Shown: positions 19,081 through 32,275, counted from the first letter of the stretch. The stretch is 64,000 bases of DNA from Heteronotia binoei (GCF_032191835.1 NC_083232.1:54622001-54686000), one strand, 5' to 3'. The notes: generated by a model not told the origin, from the letters alone. Numbers and translations: made by a program.

Positions 19081-22059
19081 GCTAACCCTTTTATACCTCC
19101 TTCATGATTGTCCTTCTTGGTTTCCTGATTTCTTGGTTGCAACCTCCCTTTTTTGTCGATGACTTACCATAGGTGTTATGAGGTAAGAGATGGTCAGAAA
19201 TGGTTTACCATTGCTTTCCTCTGTGCTGTACTAACCAGGGTTAGCTGAAGTGGCACTTCTGCTGTCTATGAAAGATCCTCTACCAGTGTCACCTTCCACT
19301 ACTGCTGCTGCCCAATAGCTACCCTTCAAGGATTCTTCTACTCCCATCACCATTAGAACTATTCATTCTCTTCTGAAGGGGGCAGATGCATCTTAGTCTG
19401 GTGTCTCAGCTGTGATGACCATTCTGCCTTGAGTAACTCTGCTAGGAGTTTAGCCACTTGACAGAGTTTCAACTCTTTATGGTATTCTTTATGGTACTGC
19501 TTCAATGATGCACACAAACTCTCACACCAAATTAAGGTGTGTCTCCAAGAGGGGGCCAGAAGTATTACCATCTCCTAAATGGCTGTAATTTCCATGGAGG
19601 ATTGTGTTACTTGCTTTGAAAACTACAAAGGAATGTGCCTGCTGCTCAGATTTAGGACCACTTTAGCACAACAGAGGCTATTTGTTGAACTCAGGTGCAA
19701 CCAGAGATGGAGAAGAGCAGAGAAAACCTGCCCTTGGCCTCTTAATGTATTTCAGAGTAAGGATCCCTGCCAATCATACTTTCAAAAAACGTTCAGTTAT
19801 AAAACTAGAATGCAAGAACATTTTGGTCATCAAAAAGTAAAAATTTCCTTTGATATTATATTGAAAATCAATTGACTATGTTTAATATTATACTTAGGTT
19901 TCCAAATTCCTTAAATGGGTGCCAGTTCTGATTCCCACCCCCTGTAAGTTAATTTAAAATAGACACTTTGGAAGCATACAAGATTTTATTAATCCAGTTA
20001 TTTACTGATATTATTATAGGGTTTGGAAGAATAATTTTGATGTCAGTATTAAGCTTTATGTATGCGTGGATTTAGAGATTTTTTAAAATTAGCTTTGTAT
20101 TGGACTTTTGAATCCTTTCACCAGTTATGACAGTAATCAGTAATCTATCCTTTGCGAGAATTGTAGGTTTATAGTCCAGAATATGTTGGAGAGATTTTAG
20201 TATATTGCATTTCTTAGAGACAGATCCAGTTTATTGATGGATGCTAAAACTGGTGAGCTAGGTATTTCAAACAAAGGCTTTACTGTCCTAGGGCTTAACA
20301 GAACTTGTGCCTTGGTCAAAGGTTAAGCTGAAAGCAGAGGACTGGCAACATCTCATATTAGATACTAACATTCCTATCGTATCTGGGCTTTCTGTCTTTA
20401 TCACCTTTTAGCGCTAATAGTATTCATATTTTCAAACAGTCCCTTTGTACCATCACCTTTTCCCTCTTGGCTTAACATCAACTGCTGACCTATTTGACAG
20501 ATTTCCTAATATCCCATGGGATCGAATGGTTTGTCCCTGTGGGCTCCAAGTGCCCTGGACTTTAACATACATTCTTTTCTTGTGTAAACTTTATCACAGA
20601 TTGAGATTGTTTCCAATTATTCCTTTCCTTTATAGGCCTATGAGGCCCAGGTTCGAGAAGTCCCACTGCTTGGAAGCTTGCTAGGTGACCCTGGGCCAGT
20701 CGCACACACTCAGCCTAACCTGCCTCACAAGGTTGTGAGGCTAAGTTATGGAAGTCCTTTTTGGTCTCCACTGGGGAGAAAGGGAGCATATAAATTAAGT
20801 AAATAAACATACCCTGCCATTTCCTATGACAATCATTTATGCTGTTTGGAAACAACAGATGTGCTACTTGGCTGTTGCAAAATTTATTCCAAAGCATTTG
20901 AAATCCATGCAGTTGTTCCTCAGATTTATGGCAATTATCAGTCAGGTCAGATATCTCTTTGATTAACAGTGGTTTATGGTTTCTCCTTTCTGATGGTAAT
21001 CCAGTTAGTTACCCTTAAGTTTGTATGATTGTTACACTCTTAATGATGTAATTTTAATCTATGATTGTTTTGACTGTTTTAAGTCTTTTATTTTCTTTTA
21101 TGTGCCTAAAAAGGCTTTTTCAAATAAAGATGGATAGATCTAGATTATGTTTATTATTATAGGAACTAGCAGTAAAGCCCATTGTAGGAAGAAATACAAT
21201 GGGTCCTGGAGGGGGGTGATGAATGTGTAGGAGGTAGGAAGATAGACAAATAAAATGACAGAAAGAGACAGAGAAAGAATGGTAGGAAAAAGATGGAGAG
21301 GAAAGAGTGAGAGAAAGACCCTTTCTCCATTCAGTTTGCTCCAGATCTACTGAGCACTGAATCTGCCTGCTGCAAACTCACATAATTCAAAATGCTTCTA
21401 CATTTAAAAATTTGCTTCTCACTTTTTGCGGAGTCTTACTTCTATATTTGAGAAGGAAACCCCAGGCAAGGATCCCTACCCCTTGCACAGTGATGCACAC
21501 ATTGCTGCCACATGCCACCCAGGCAGGTGAAGGGTGCGGCAGGGCGCCTGTTGGCCACTTGGAGGCTGCCTTCCTTTGCCACTGCCTCTTTCACCTGCCC
21601 AGGACCAAGGCAGGCCCAATGCTAGGGCCTCGGACACCTCATGATTTGGGGGGGTGGGGCTCCGACTGAGCTGGGCCTGTAAAGTGCAGTCCACGCTGTA
21701 AAAATTCCACTACATGTAACTCTAGGGATTCTCTAGTCTGAAGAATACATACCTGATGAGTAATAGAGACAGAATTTAACTGGTGATCTTAGGAGCTTGT
21801 CATAACGGTGCCCAGGCTACTCTTGTTGTTTAGCAGATCTTGCTTTGATATGGATAAAGACTGTTTGTATTTTGCAAAGGCATTTTGAGTGAGAACACTT
21901 TTTTTTGTTTAAATTTCAGGAATCAAGCATGTCCACTGGAAAACGAATAGACGAAACTGTCTTTCCAGAAGAGTAACTGTTCTGTGAAGAATTTTTTAAA
22001 AAACTACAATGAGAACACTGTGACTTCAGTTTACTTTGACATCTTTGGCCTGCTCAGAA

Positions 22060-22297
22060 ATGTTTTTCACATTTTCAAGAAAAAACATATCCCAGAAAAT
22101 AAGTTTATTGCTGCTGGTTTTTGGTTTTATCTGGGGTATAATGTTACTGCGCTACACCTTTCAACATCCAAGGCAACAGAACAGTGCTGAGCTGCGAGAA
22201 CAAATCCTGGACTTAAGTAAAAGATATGTCAGAGCACTGGCAGAAGAAAACAAGAATATAATTAATGGTGGTAACGGAGCTGCAATGGCAGGCTATG
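22060..22297 (+). CDS. CCDC126: Coiled-coil domain-containing protein 126, coding exon 1
   Basis: 238 nt, [65 protein letters not shown]...AAMAGY, with G|GT donor. Exon acceptor at 21918-21919. Confidence 0.96.
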
Positions 22298-22380
22298 GTA
22301 AAATTATATACATTTTCTATGCACTGTTGTGTGTCAATATTTAATTTCTCTTAATATACATATATAGTAATATAATTATA

Positions 22381-22559
22381 GGAGCCCTGTGGCTCAGAGT
22401 GGTAAGCTGCAGTACTGCAGTCCAAGCTCTGGTCACGACCTGAGTTCAATCCCATAAGAAGCTGGGTTCAAGTAGCTGTCTTAAGGTTGACACAGTCTTC
22501 CAGACTTCTGAGATCAGTAAAATGAGTACCCAGCTTGCTGGGCGTAAAGTGTAGATGAC
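22381..22559 (+). mobile_element. tRNA-headed SINE, 3'-truncated, flanked by a 17-bp direct repeat
   Basis: A box TGGCTCAGAGTGG and B box GAGTTCAATCCC; colinear with the full copy at 42238-42531. TATATAGTAATATAATT at 22361-22377 and 22561-22577. Confidence 0.85.
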
Positions 22560-23258
22560 CTATATAGTAATATAATTCTATAATACTGCCACACAAAATT
22601 CTTCTTTCTATATTTGAAGCAATAGCTTGTAAACAAGGAAATTCACAATCATTAATAGAAGATGTATTAATTATCTGTGTTGGTCCTGAAAACATTTGCT
22701 TCATTGATATTAAGGAATGCATGCTGTTTGAGAGAGCTAATCAGAATATTAAAAGCTTATTATGTTTTGTTTTTAAAATCGCATTGCCAAACTCCATTAT
22801 TCCACGCCTTTCAAAAAAAATCACAAGAATTCTAAGCATGTTCATATTTTAAGTAAAAATAATATCTTTAGTTGTATTTTCTGTATCCTCTATAAAGTTT
22901 ATATCTCCCCTGGCATTACATTTTATGATACACATGGTCTGGCCACACAAAGTCCCATTAATATCAGATCTAGCCCTCATAACAAATGAGTTCGACACCC
23001 CTGTTTTAGAGTATATATAATTGTGTATGCCACACTGATTAGAAATATATGGATGAGCTCTTTTTAACCCCTATTAGCAAATGTGAAATAAACAAGTTTG
23101 ACTAGGAAGGACCCATTCTTCCCCTAGTAACTTTTTTTTTGTTTCCTTAGAATGCTGTGAGATTCTCACCTCTTGAATGTACATATATGTTGGTTTTACT
23201 CTGATATTTAACTTTTGAATGTAAAAAAGGATTCCTTTCTGTATTTTGTGTTTTTTAG

Positions 23259-23434
23259 CTGATCTCAAAAGAACAATTGCAGTTCTTCTAGATGACATCT
23301 TGCAGCGCTTAGTAAAACTGGAAAACAAGGTTGACTATATTGTTGTAAATGGTTCGACAACAAATACCACAAATGGAAACTTGATGCCAGCAACTACAAG
23401 CAAACGGGTAAATGTGGCAAGCAACGTAAGATAG
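23259..23434 (+). CDS. CCDC126: CCDC126 coding exon 2 (to stop)
   Basis: 176 nt, (A)[60 protein letters not shown]. 238+176=414 nt, 137 aa. Candidate AATAAA at 24978-24983. Confidence 0.96.
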
Positions 23435-26400
23435 CATACAAAATCACTGTGTGCCATTGGTTTAATCCTGTTCAAAATTCATTTTGTGCAGCTGTATTGG
23501 CCATAGATTTAGTTCTGTCTAAAATCACTGTGTCCAGCTGTATTTGCCATTGATTTAGTTCTACTACAGTTGGGAAAAGAAACACTTGGCTCATGAAAGT
23601 CTCCATCCTGTTTCAACAGGGAATACTAAATTCAATTCTAATTTTTTTTAAAGCTCTAGAAACCTTCCTGTTAGGTAAGATAAAAGTCATAAAGTAATGC
23701 TGTATAATGTCTTATTTAAAGAATTGCTGGAAACATAGCTAGCGTAGAAAGATAAATGGATAATGTGTAAACGGAGATTTTATGGAATGATTATGGAGAA
23801 GGATGTAGATTTAATATTTAAATATAAATCTAACATATCTTTTGACTAAGTGATAAAATAGGCTTAATTTTTTGTGGTTTGGTTATTAATGCATACTGAT
23901 GAAGGATAATGTCTCTGTTAAGATGAATGCTGGGAAGAAACTGTACCTAAGATACTTTTAACATCATAATTGGCTGATTGTAAAAAATCAAGGTAACATC
24001 GTGGATGACATCTTAAAATGGCTATCCAAAGAATTATTTGCACTATTGTGAAATAGAGAGAGAATGTATCAAAATACTGTTTATATTTATGCAAGTAGCA
24101 ACATGCTAAAGTACATAGTTACTAAAGGATAGAGCAGTTAGATAAAACTTAATCTGTGATGGTACATAGCTGTCTAAAAATATTTAAATCTGTTTAGTAA
24201 CTGAAGATAAAATAAGTGATAGAAGTCACATCAGATATTGAACACAGCTAGCTTCTTATTCATTGATGTTTTTTGTGACTATATAAGTACTTTGCAGCCT
24301 ATAATATACATCACACACCTCTAAAGCTATTTTAAGAGGAAGAGGTGGACTGAGATGAAGGGAAGCATGGCATCTTGATGATTACTAAAGAGGTGTACTA
24401 AAAGGGTGTGATCTGGCAGGCAGTGCTGCTGTGCCATTGTCCAGTGGACTTGTACCCAAGCATTTCATGATGGACTTGAAAACAAATAGGAGTAAAGGGG
24501 AATGCTGCCTTATATCCATGTTAGCCTTACAGCAGCAAATTGCAGTGAGGGTGCACTATATTCCATAGTGTGCTTTCTGTATCATATTCTGAAAAGTGCC
24601 AGTCTGAGTTTTTGCATTATTTTATTATGGAATGATTTCTAAATGGTTTATTCCAGTATTTTTGCTTAAAATATGCTGTGTAGTTTTCGAAGAACTGATT
24701 CAAAGGAAGAACAAGTTGTGTGGTGCTAGATGATATATTGTCCCAAATGCCTATCCCTGCAGATGACTATAAAAGGTGGATTTAATTAATTAAAAATAAA
24801 GTAAAATATAAGGTCAAATCTTTGAGTGCCTGGTCTGTTTTTCTTATGCATATATGATATCCTGTAAAAAAAAAAGTAAATGTAAAATTGCTTTCTAAAA
24901 AAATTTCAGTCTTTTCCCTGCCCAGTTATTTTAACTTAAATGTTTTTCATCTTAATAGCTGCAAGCTAGACTTGATAAATAAAACTGTAAGGCTACATAT
25001 CTAAGGATGTATATTTTGAAATCTGAATATGCTTTATCAAACTACAGTATATCAGAAGACTTATAGGCCACATTCCTGAATCTGCTTTGGCAAGATGTGC
25101 TGCAAATTTATTGTCTAAAACATGTTTGTATTCCCATGTCTGGTACAGCCCTTACAAATGGGGTTCCCATTTGCTATGCAATGGTTGTACCCTTGTATCT
25201 GCCTTCAATGAAAATGCATGATATAGAGTTCCTGTTTCTGTTGAAGTCCTTTTACTGACGATGGTTACCCTATCAAGTGAAGCTGCTACAGAGTAAAAAT
25301 ATTCTGGCTCTGCACGTTGTTCTTTTGTGTGGCTTTTCTGAGTAATGGACATTTGCGAAATAGGTGAGCGCAAAGGGTGAGACTGTAAGGAGGACAATAA
25401 AGAAAAATAACAGAGCAACAACTCCTGTTGAAAGTCATAAAGATGTAAATAATTTGCCAGCTGTGTTTTAAAATACTTCTTCTGGATAGATACAGTGTAA
25501 ACTGGTTTTGAGGATGTGTATAGCTTCATGTTCAAGAATACAGCAGTTTTGCAAAATATGAACTTTGAGCCCTGCCCCATAAACAAATGTGCACATTGTT
25601 ATGCAACAATTAAAGTTTGGTGAGGATTTGCATTCCTCTTCCCTCTCTTGTGCCAGCAGTGGTGACAAGGCAAAGTTGCAGTGCCTCTTTGTCAACTAAT
25701 TAATAAAAAGGCAACTGCTTTCTTACTGAGTGCTGTGTAGTGGGGGTACAGACAGTGTGTGTTCCAATGGGCTCTGCTAGATATTTGAAAGCTATGAAAT
25801 CACTAACAGGCAAGGGTTCCAAGTTCAGATTGTATTTCTAAAGAGTACTGCACCTGCAGTACCCATTATGTTGTATTGGGTAAGGGAGACAAAAGACTTT
25901 TAAGTAACAACCACTTCCTTACCAGTAGAAAAAGTAGGAAAAGAATGCCATATGTGAAGGTTCCTTGCTAGAAAATTATATCATTTTGTTACGTTAAGGC
26001 AAGATTCTGTATCTTGTGGAGGGCTGTAGTGCTCCTAGACAGATTCCTGCTGGACCTTACACTAATTTAACTCAGTCAGCATACAAAAGCCAGCAAAATA
26101 GCTTGCCCTCCTTCAAGGGCACTGCAGGTCCTGGACTCATCTACTAAAAGGCTGTCTTGGGTAATTTCAATAACTGTGAATTAACAGAACCATCTGTAAC
26201 TAATAAATTTAATTTGTTATTGTTGATCTTATGCATGGCATTGATTTGTCTGCAATTCAGACCCTTGCCCTTAAAAAAATTTAAAGGGGCTGCCATTTTA
26301 ATTTATAGGAAAGTGGGGATTAGTTATAAAATAGGACAATAAGCAGGACTAAGGCTTGTTCTGAACCATGCAAGAGAGATATCAGAATAGCGAGAGGGCA

Positions 26401-26639
26401 AAGTGCATCGTATCACTTTAAACTGCAGGAAAAAATTAAGTTTGTAACGTTTTCCCCAAGCGGAAGCCCCTTCAAATTAAAAACCATGGACTGTTTAAAA
26501 AAAAAAAAAAGGCAACGTTCTCACCCAGCTCCAGGGAATGCTTAATGTTGGGAACGTCTAAAAATCGTTCTAAGTGGTACTTTTCATTAGTTCTGCCACT
26601 ACAGCACTCTGTCCTGTTACAAAGGCCGACCTCGGGCAC

Positions 26640-26960
26640 TTCCCGCTTTCCTTCAGCAAAACTAACATTAGCTTTCAGAGGCGCGTTACAACCGTCTCCT
26701 CCCAGCAACGGCTGAGCTCCAACGGGCGCCGTAGCAACGCTGCACTCCTTGTGGCCAGGAAGGCGCGCCAGAGAGGCTGGGCGAGCGGCCTGTCCCTCAG
26801 CCTGTCGATGCGACTCCTGCTTTCGTGAGACACCTTGTCGCTTTGCCAGCCGGGAAGCAGGGCAGCGGGGACCCTTACTTCACTTCGTCATGGAGCGGCT
26901 GACGTTACAACCGGGAGCCGCCGCAGCCATAGACGAATACCTGGAGTACAGAAGGTGAGG
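26640..26960 (+). promoter_or_regulatory. FAM221A: CpG island: FAM221A promoter with an RFX X-box-like motif
   Basis: CpG-rich; GGCGCCGTAGCAAC at 26725-26738 and a second AGCAAC half-site at 26704-26709. Confidence 0.65.
26890..26954 (+). CDS. FAM221A: FAM221A exon 1
   Basis: 65 nt, MERLTLQPGAAAAIDEYLEYR(R), AAG|GTGAGG donor. Confidence 0.95.
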
Positions 26961-28686
26961 ACAGGAAGGCTCGCCTTGTTCCGGAACAAGTAAATAGCGG
27001 GATAGGCGCGCTTTTGTGGGAGGGAAATGGGACCTGGAGAGGCTGCTGTGCGATTTCATTTTCAGCCTCGGAGCTGTTTAGGGCTACAAAATTTGAAACT
27101 AGGTCCCACTTGCGGAGGGAGCCTCTTCGTGAAAAGCCCCCCCCCCTTTCCTATACGAACTATTGTCAGCCCGCCCGCCCCCTTGCCGCCGGTTGCATGG
27201 TCCCCGTGCCTTTTGTTGCGCCTCGTATTATTACAACAATTTAAGGGAAAAGCTGGGGGTTGGGGGTGTAGTAGTGCAGATAGAGAAATGCGAAAAGTTA
27301 CGCCTGTTCATGAGGGGCACCCCTGTGTTTCTCCTTCATTTCCCTCTTGAGAGTTCCGGCACCTCTTTTTCCAGAAGAAAACCCTGGCGTAGTGTGGAGA
27401 GAAGTTATCAGGCCAGAAGAAAGATTCCTCTGAGAGTAGCTATCTACATATCAAAGGGATAGTATCAACAGTTGAAGGGAAGGATGGTCAAGGTCCTGGT
27501 CTGTCTGTCTCTCTGACTTTCTAAAGTCCTCTTCTCAAGTTTGAGGCTAAGAGCAGGACCCGATCGACATGTTTTCTGAGGGGGGGGGGAACTAAAAAAT
27601 GGCACCCCCCTTATGGGCCATTTTATCTTATGGTCCCATAGAATACAATGGACTCCATACTCAATTGGGCGCTACTCTTCCGTCCGTGCCCGGGGAAAGC
27701 ACCCCCACCTAAATCCAGCCCTGGCTAAGAGACATCACAAAGCCCTTCGCTTCCAACAAAAACAATGGAAAGTAGAAAACACCAGGGCGAGTCGCACCTT
27801 GAACAGTTCCTCTGACTCTTGATGCAGGAAAGCCAAAGATGGTGTGAAAAGCTACCAGTACATATGAGAGTGCTGCTGGGTCAGCCACATGCCCAATATC
27901 CTGTTTCCCAAGGTAATCAGACAGATAGACAACATATACCAGAAGGCCACAAAGCAATGAGAGGGGTCCAAACTTCCCAGTTTTGTTGCTACCCTCACAA
28001 CTTGAATTCGGAGATCTGCTGAGAATGGAAGTTCTAGTTACCCATAATGGGTGATAGCCATTGATGGAGTTGTCCAAACTCCTCTCAAAGCCAAGCCACT
28101 ATGCATCTTTGCAGATTGTGCATGCAAAAATAGGTAAAGTGATGTCTTTCATGGGACCAACTTCTGCTGGTGTGAGCTAAACAAGATGCTCATGAAGCAG
28201 AACAGAAAATTAACTAATTATAACTTTTATGCAAAATAAAGTGGTTACAGAGTTTAGTCTTTTCTTATAAAATGCATGATTAGTAATGCAGCCTTTAAAA
28301 TATTTACATTGTTTTAAGTGCTTTGAAATCAGTGGGTTTAGAAGATTGTAGCTCTATTTAGGATTGTTCTGTCAGTCTCATAGTGAAAGCCTAAGAGACT
28401 TGGACATATGTATATATATTTTACAATGTAGATTTTAAAATTGAGTTCTCAGACTATTCCCTCAGAGTAAGCTATTGTTAAGTATAAATATTCTATTACA
28501 TTTATAACTTAATGATAATAGAGTTTCTAATACTGCACCACAAGAAGACTAAGAAACTCCTAAATTTTTCTGATTTGAAACTACCCAATATTTTTCACAA
28601 GATATTACAGCCTTATATGTGTTTGGTGCATTATTAAAATGTATTTGAGTGTATTAAAATACAATGGAATTAATACTTGTTTACAG

Positions 28687-28860
28687 AATTGTAGGTGAAG
28701 ATGATGGAGGAAAACTCTTCACCCCTGAAGAATATGAAGAATATAAGAAGAAAGTGTTACCAATACGGTTGCAAAACAGATTATATGTGAGCTGGAGATC
28801 ACCAACGGGGATGGACTGTAAACTTGTGGGCCCAGAGACTCTGTGTTTTTGTACTCATAG
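28687..28860 (+). CDS. FAM221A: FAM221A exon 2
   Basis: 174 nt, IVGEDDGGKLFTPEEYEEYKKKVLPIRLQNRLYVSWRSPTGMDCKLVGPETLCFCTH(R). Confidence 0.96.
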
Positions 28861-28939
28861 GTGAGGATTTGAGTGCATCCATTCTGTATATCACATGCCC
28901 CTTTTAAAGAAACATTCTGAATTTTCACTTCAAATTCCA

Positions 28940-29175
28940 AAGCCAGTGTGGCATAATGGTTAATAGTGTTGGACGAGTAATTGGTAAACTTGGGTTTGAA
29001 TCCCCACTTATGCCATGGAAGCTCACTGGATACACTTGAGCCAGTCATACTCTCTCAGCCTAACCTACCTCACAGGGTTGTTTTGAGGATAAAATAGAGG
29101 AGAGGAGAATGATGTAAGCCGCTTTGGGTCCTCAATGGGAAGAAAGGCTGGGTACAAATTAAGTAAATAAATAAA
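28940..29175 (+). mobile_element. MIR-like tRNA SINE with L2-type tail
   Basis: AAAGCCAGTGTGG head, GGGTTTGAATCCC B box, CTCAGCCTAACCTACCTCACAGGGTTGTT core and (TAAA)n tail. Further copies or fragments at about 330-500, 20650-20807, 35600-35700, 40790-41395, 43820-44000, 47980-48100 and 62572-62790. Confidence 0.8.
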
Positions 29176-29878
29176 TTTCTGGAAGAGTTCAGTGTTGTGT
29201 ATGGTATTATATTTCTGTTTGAATAGAGTTGAGAATAGATTAAAAATGGAGTCTTCAGTGTGGTGAAAGTGTCAGCTTGACACTCAGTTCTTATTAAGTT
29301 CCAATCCAGAAGTAGATCTTTGCTGTTATATTGAGGGTTTAAGGTTTTGACTTTTTATATTTTATATATTTATTAAATATTTTAATACAGTAATATAATA
29401 TAGGCTCCTATGTTAATACCATTCCCTTTTTGGTTCAGACTGACCACATGCTCAATGTTAAAATGTACATTGCAGATTGTTCCACATAGCAAAAAACCTG
29501 CTTCTATCCCCCAGGTTCTCTTATGTTGCATGGAAGGGGAGGATGGAGGAGAAAGAGTCTTGCTTTATGCCAAGGGCAGGATACTGGATTCATCTGTTTC
29601 CTGAGGTTTTGAAACTTAGTTTACTAAGAGACAAAGAGAACTTGTAAGAGGGCTCAGTTTTACTTTGTGCTGGATTTTGGAGATATTCAGAAGCAGCAAG
29701 AACCTCCCAGTGACACTGGGACAAAGTAAAAGATCAATCCAGTCCTTTTTCCACATCTTAAACATATCAGAAGGTTTCTGGGTGGAACAATCCCAAATAA
29801 TGGCTGTTTAATGAGACCTGTTAGTAAAATATTTGAATGCTATTGCTTTGAATAAATTATTTTTTACACTTTTTCCAG

Positions 29879-30069
29879 GTATAAACAACATAAGACAGAC
29901 TTTAAAGTGATTCCAAAAGAACGTCCTATTTGTATACCTTGTAGGGTGAACCAATGCCCATGCAGATCTTATCACTTTGTCCCTCTTAATGGTACACAAC
30001 CTATTCGTTGTAGATGTAAGCACTTTGCTGATCAACATAGTGCAGTACCTGGCTTTCCATGTAATTCAT
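29879..30069 (+). CDS. FAM221A: FAM221A exon 3 (Cys/His-rich)
   Basis: 191 nt, YKQHKTDFKVIPKERPICIPCRVNQCPCRSYHFVPLNGTQPIRCRCKHFADQHSAVPGFPCNS(C); T|GTAAGT donor. Confidence 0.95.
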
Positions 30070-30918
30070 GTAAGTGAGAATGGATAAATACTCATGTATT
30101 GTATTAAGAACATAGCAGCCTTATCTTTTAAAACTATGCCTTTTTAGACTTCGTGTAATTATAACCATGTGCACTTATATGTAGATACTATGTTCTCTGC
30201 CTAAAATGTTTTGCAACTAGAACATTCATGTTCATAATTCACTATAAACATTTGCAGAATGCTACATATTTTTTAATATGGTCTGCATCCAAAACTGGGA
30301 GTTTGAATACTGACTTTATGAAATATGCCCAAGATATACTTGATACTCCACACAGAGATTTTACTCTGGTTTCATGTTTAAGCAGGGGCAATTTTTTTTG
30401 TATCATCTGCACAGTGTCTTCCCCTAATTGTCTGCTTTCTTTGTTTGCCCCCACTTTTGCTGCAGTTGTTTCCAAAACTGGTTTGGTAGTCTTTTGGGAA
30501 ATATTGCAGTCAGAGTACTTTTGCATGCTCTTTGGTGCACATTTTTGGAGGTCCCACCCACATTAACATTATTTTCCTTGGCTCATTCCTCTGTAGCTGC
30601 CTCCCCCTAATTCCACTGTTTTGTCAGTTGCTGATTTTAGGCTTTCATAATATGTCAGTTAACAATATTTTGCCAATTACTGATCTTTTAAAAGAGCCTG
30701 AAAAAAACCCTTCAGTGGTAGGGTATAGTGGCTATAGAGGGGCTGGGACAAAGAAAGTGTGGAGAAAACTTCTAAGTGAATACTACTGTTGGTGCAGATG
30801 CCTCTGCATTCACAGTAGTAACAGAAGGATCGCCAAGTGGAAATGCTGCTCAGAAGGAAGACAGTTGAAGATGTCACTCCACTCGACTCCCTTCTGAAAT
30901 ATATATATTTTCCATTAG

Positions 30919-31125
30919 GTTCCAAATGTTCAGGTTTTCACAGCTGCTTTACTTGTGGATGTGGTCAACCAACGTATACTCATGAAACAGTGGTGGAAAC
31001 TAAAGAGGAGCGCTTAGCCCAAGGAAAACCTGTGGGGCAAGATGTCCCTTTTGCTGCAATGGGAGGACTAACTGGCTTTAGTTCCCTAGCAGAAGGCTAT
31101 ATGAGACTTGATGACAGTGGGATAG
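30919..31125 (+). CDS. FAM221A: FAM221A exon 4
   Basis: 207 nt, SKCSGFHSCFTCGCGQPTYTHETVVETKEERLAQGKPVGQDVPFAAMGGLTGFSSLAEGYMRLDDSGI(G). Confidence 0.96.
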
Positions 31126-32029
31126 GTAAGTACAGACGACTACTTTTTTTTGTATGTTGATAGATCCAAAGTATTTTGGAGAAATTTATCAGATTACTAC
31201 TTCCACATGATTTTTAAGTAATATACTTACAGAAATGTCACTGGGATAACCCTGTTTGATTGTTGCATAATACAGCACTATGGTATGCATTCTTTTTTAT
31301 TTTTTATGTGTTATATGCTGTCACTAATTGTCAACTTTTGTAATTCTATTTTCTGTAAATCATGTCTTTTTTTTTTGCATTGTTTCTGATTTGTAGATCT
31401 AGTGCTGTTGTATAGCTTCTCAGATGTCCCATGCTATTGGGTTGTATTAATTTATACCATGTAATTCACCTTGACTCTCAGTGAGAAAAGTGGGTCATAA
31501 ATAACATAAATAAAGAAATGTTTCTTACAATAACATCTGATTAGGATGCTTCTTCAGCTCCAATGGGTAATAACCTATGGTGTCCTTCATGCTCAGTGTG
31601 ATTTTTAACATCTCTCTGAAGGCATTGGGAGACATAATCTTGAGTTTTGGAGTTGAGTGTCATTGATATTCAAATTACACCTGTGGGGAAATACCTTGCA
31701 AGCCCCACTTCTGCCCACATGAGAGCAGGCTCTCTTCCCGGAATAGCCAGCTTCTCTTTGGGTAAATTTCTGCTGCCACCTAACATTAAAGAGTTATTCC
31801 TGCTAAAGGGTTAGCACTCTTAGTAGTGTTGGCATTTAAGGGTTTTGCCTTTATTTTGCATCTCCTGCTTCACTCACATCATCTAATACAGGGACAAAAT
31901 AAAGCACTCACACACTTTGGTAATGAAGAGATCAGCTGTTGTCTACCACCCCCCTCCCCTGTGCTTCTCCTTGAGGATATGACATCAGGTGGTAATGGCC
32001 ATTGGGGGCCCGTATTCTGTCACCATTGA

Positions 32030-32275
32030 CCTTCACCAGCTGTAATGAACAGGTGTAAGAGGCATGTGGTCGGTCTGACAACGTCCAGGATCCTGTTAAC
32101 ATTGATCCAAGAAAGCTGGCTGAAGTTGTCCAGTGCCAAGTCCAAAGTTGGCCAAGGGGCCTTACTTGTATCAACAACGGCGGGCAGGTTGTGGCAGAGT
32201 GACAGGACTTTATGTGCAAAAAAGCTCGCAAATGCTTTATGGCTGAATTTCTAGTATTTTGGCCTCTTCCTGAAA
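32030..32275 (-). mobile_element. Decayed L2 LINE ORF2 fragment
   Basis: Minus-strand translation FASFFAHKV...LDNFSQLSWINVNRILDVVRPTTCLL resembles the L2 ORF2 segment preceding RT (F-x-FF-x-DK...RPTTC-x-LDP). Confidence 0.55.

Noticed and set aside
25152-25586. 144-aa minus-strand ORF between CCDC126 and FAM221A
   Set aside because: No recognisable domain, no clear splice or promoter context, and an AT-rich composition; no support without a database search.
30242-30526. SISWAYF...AFCKC resembling a hAT BED zinc finger
   Set aside because: Spacing and the CxxC pattern do not fit, there is no transposase continuation and no TIRs were found.
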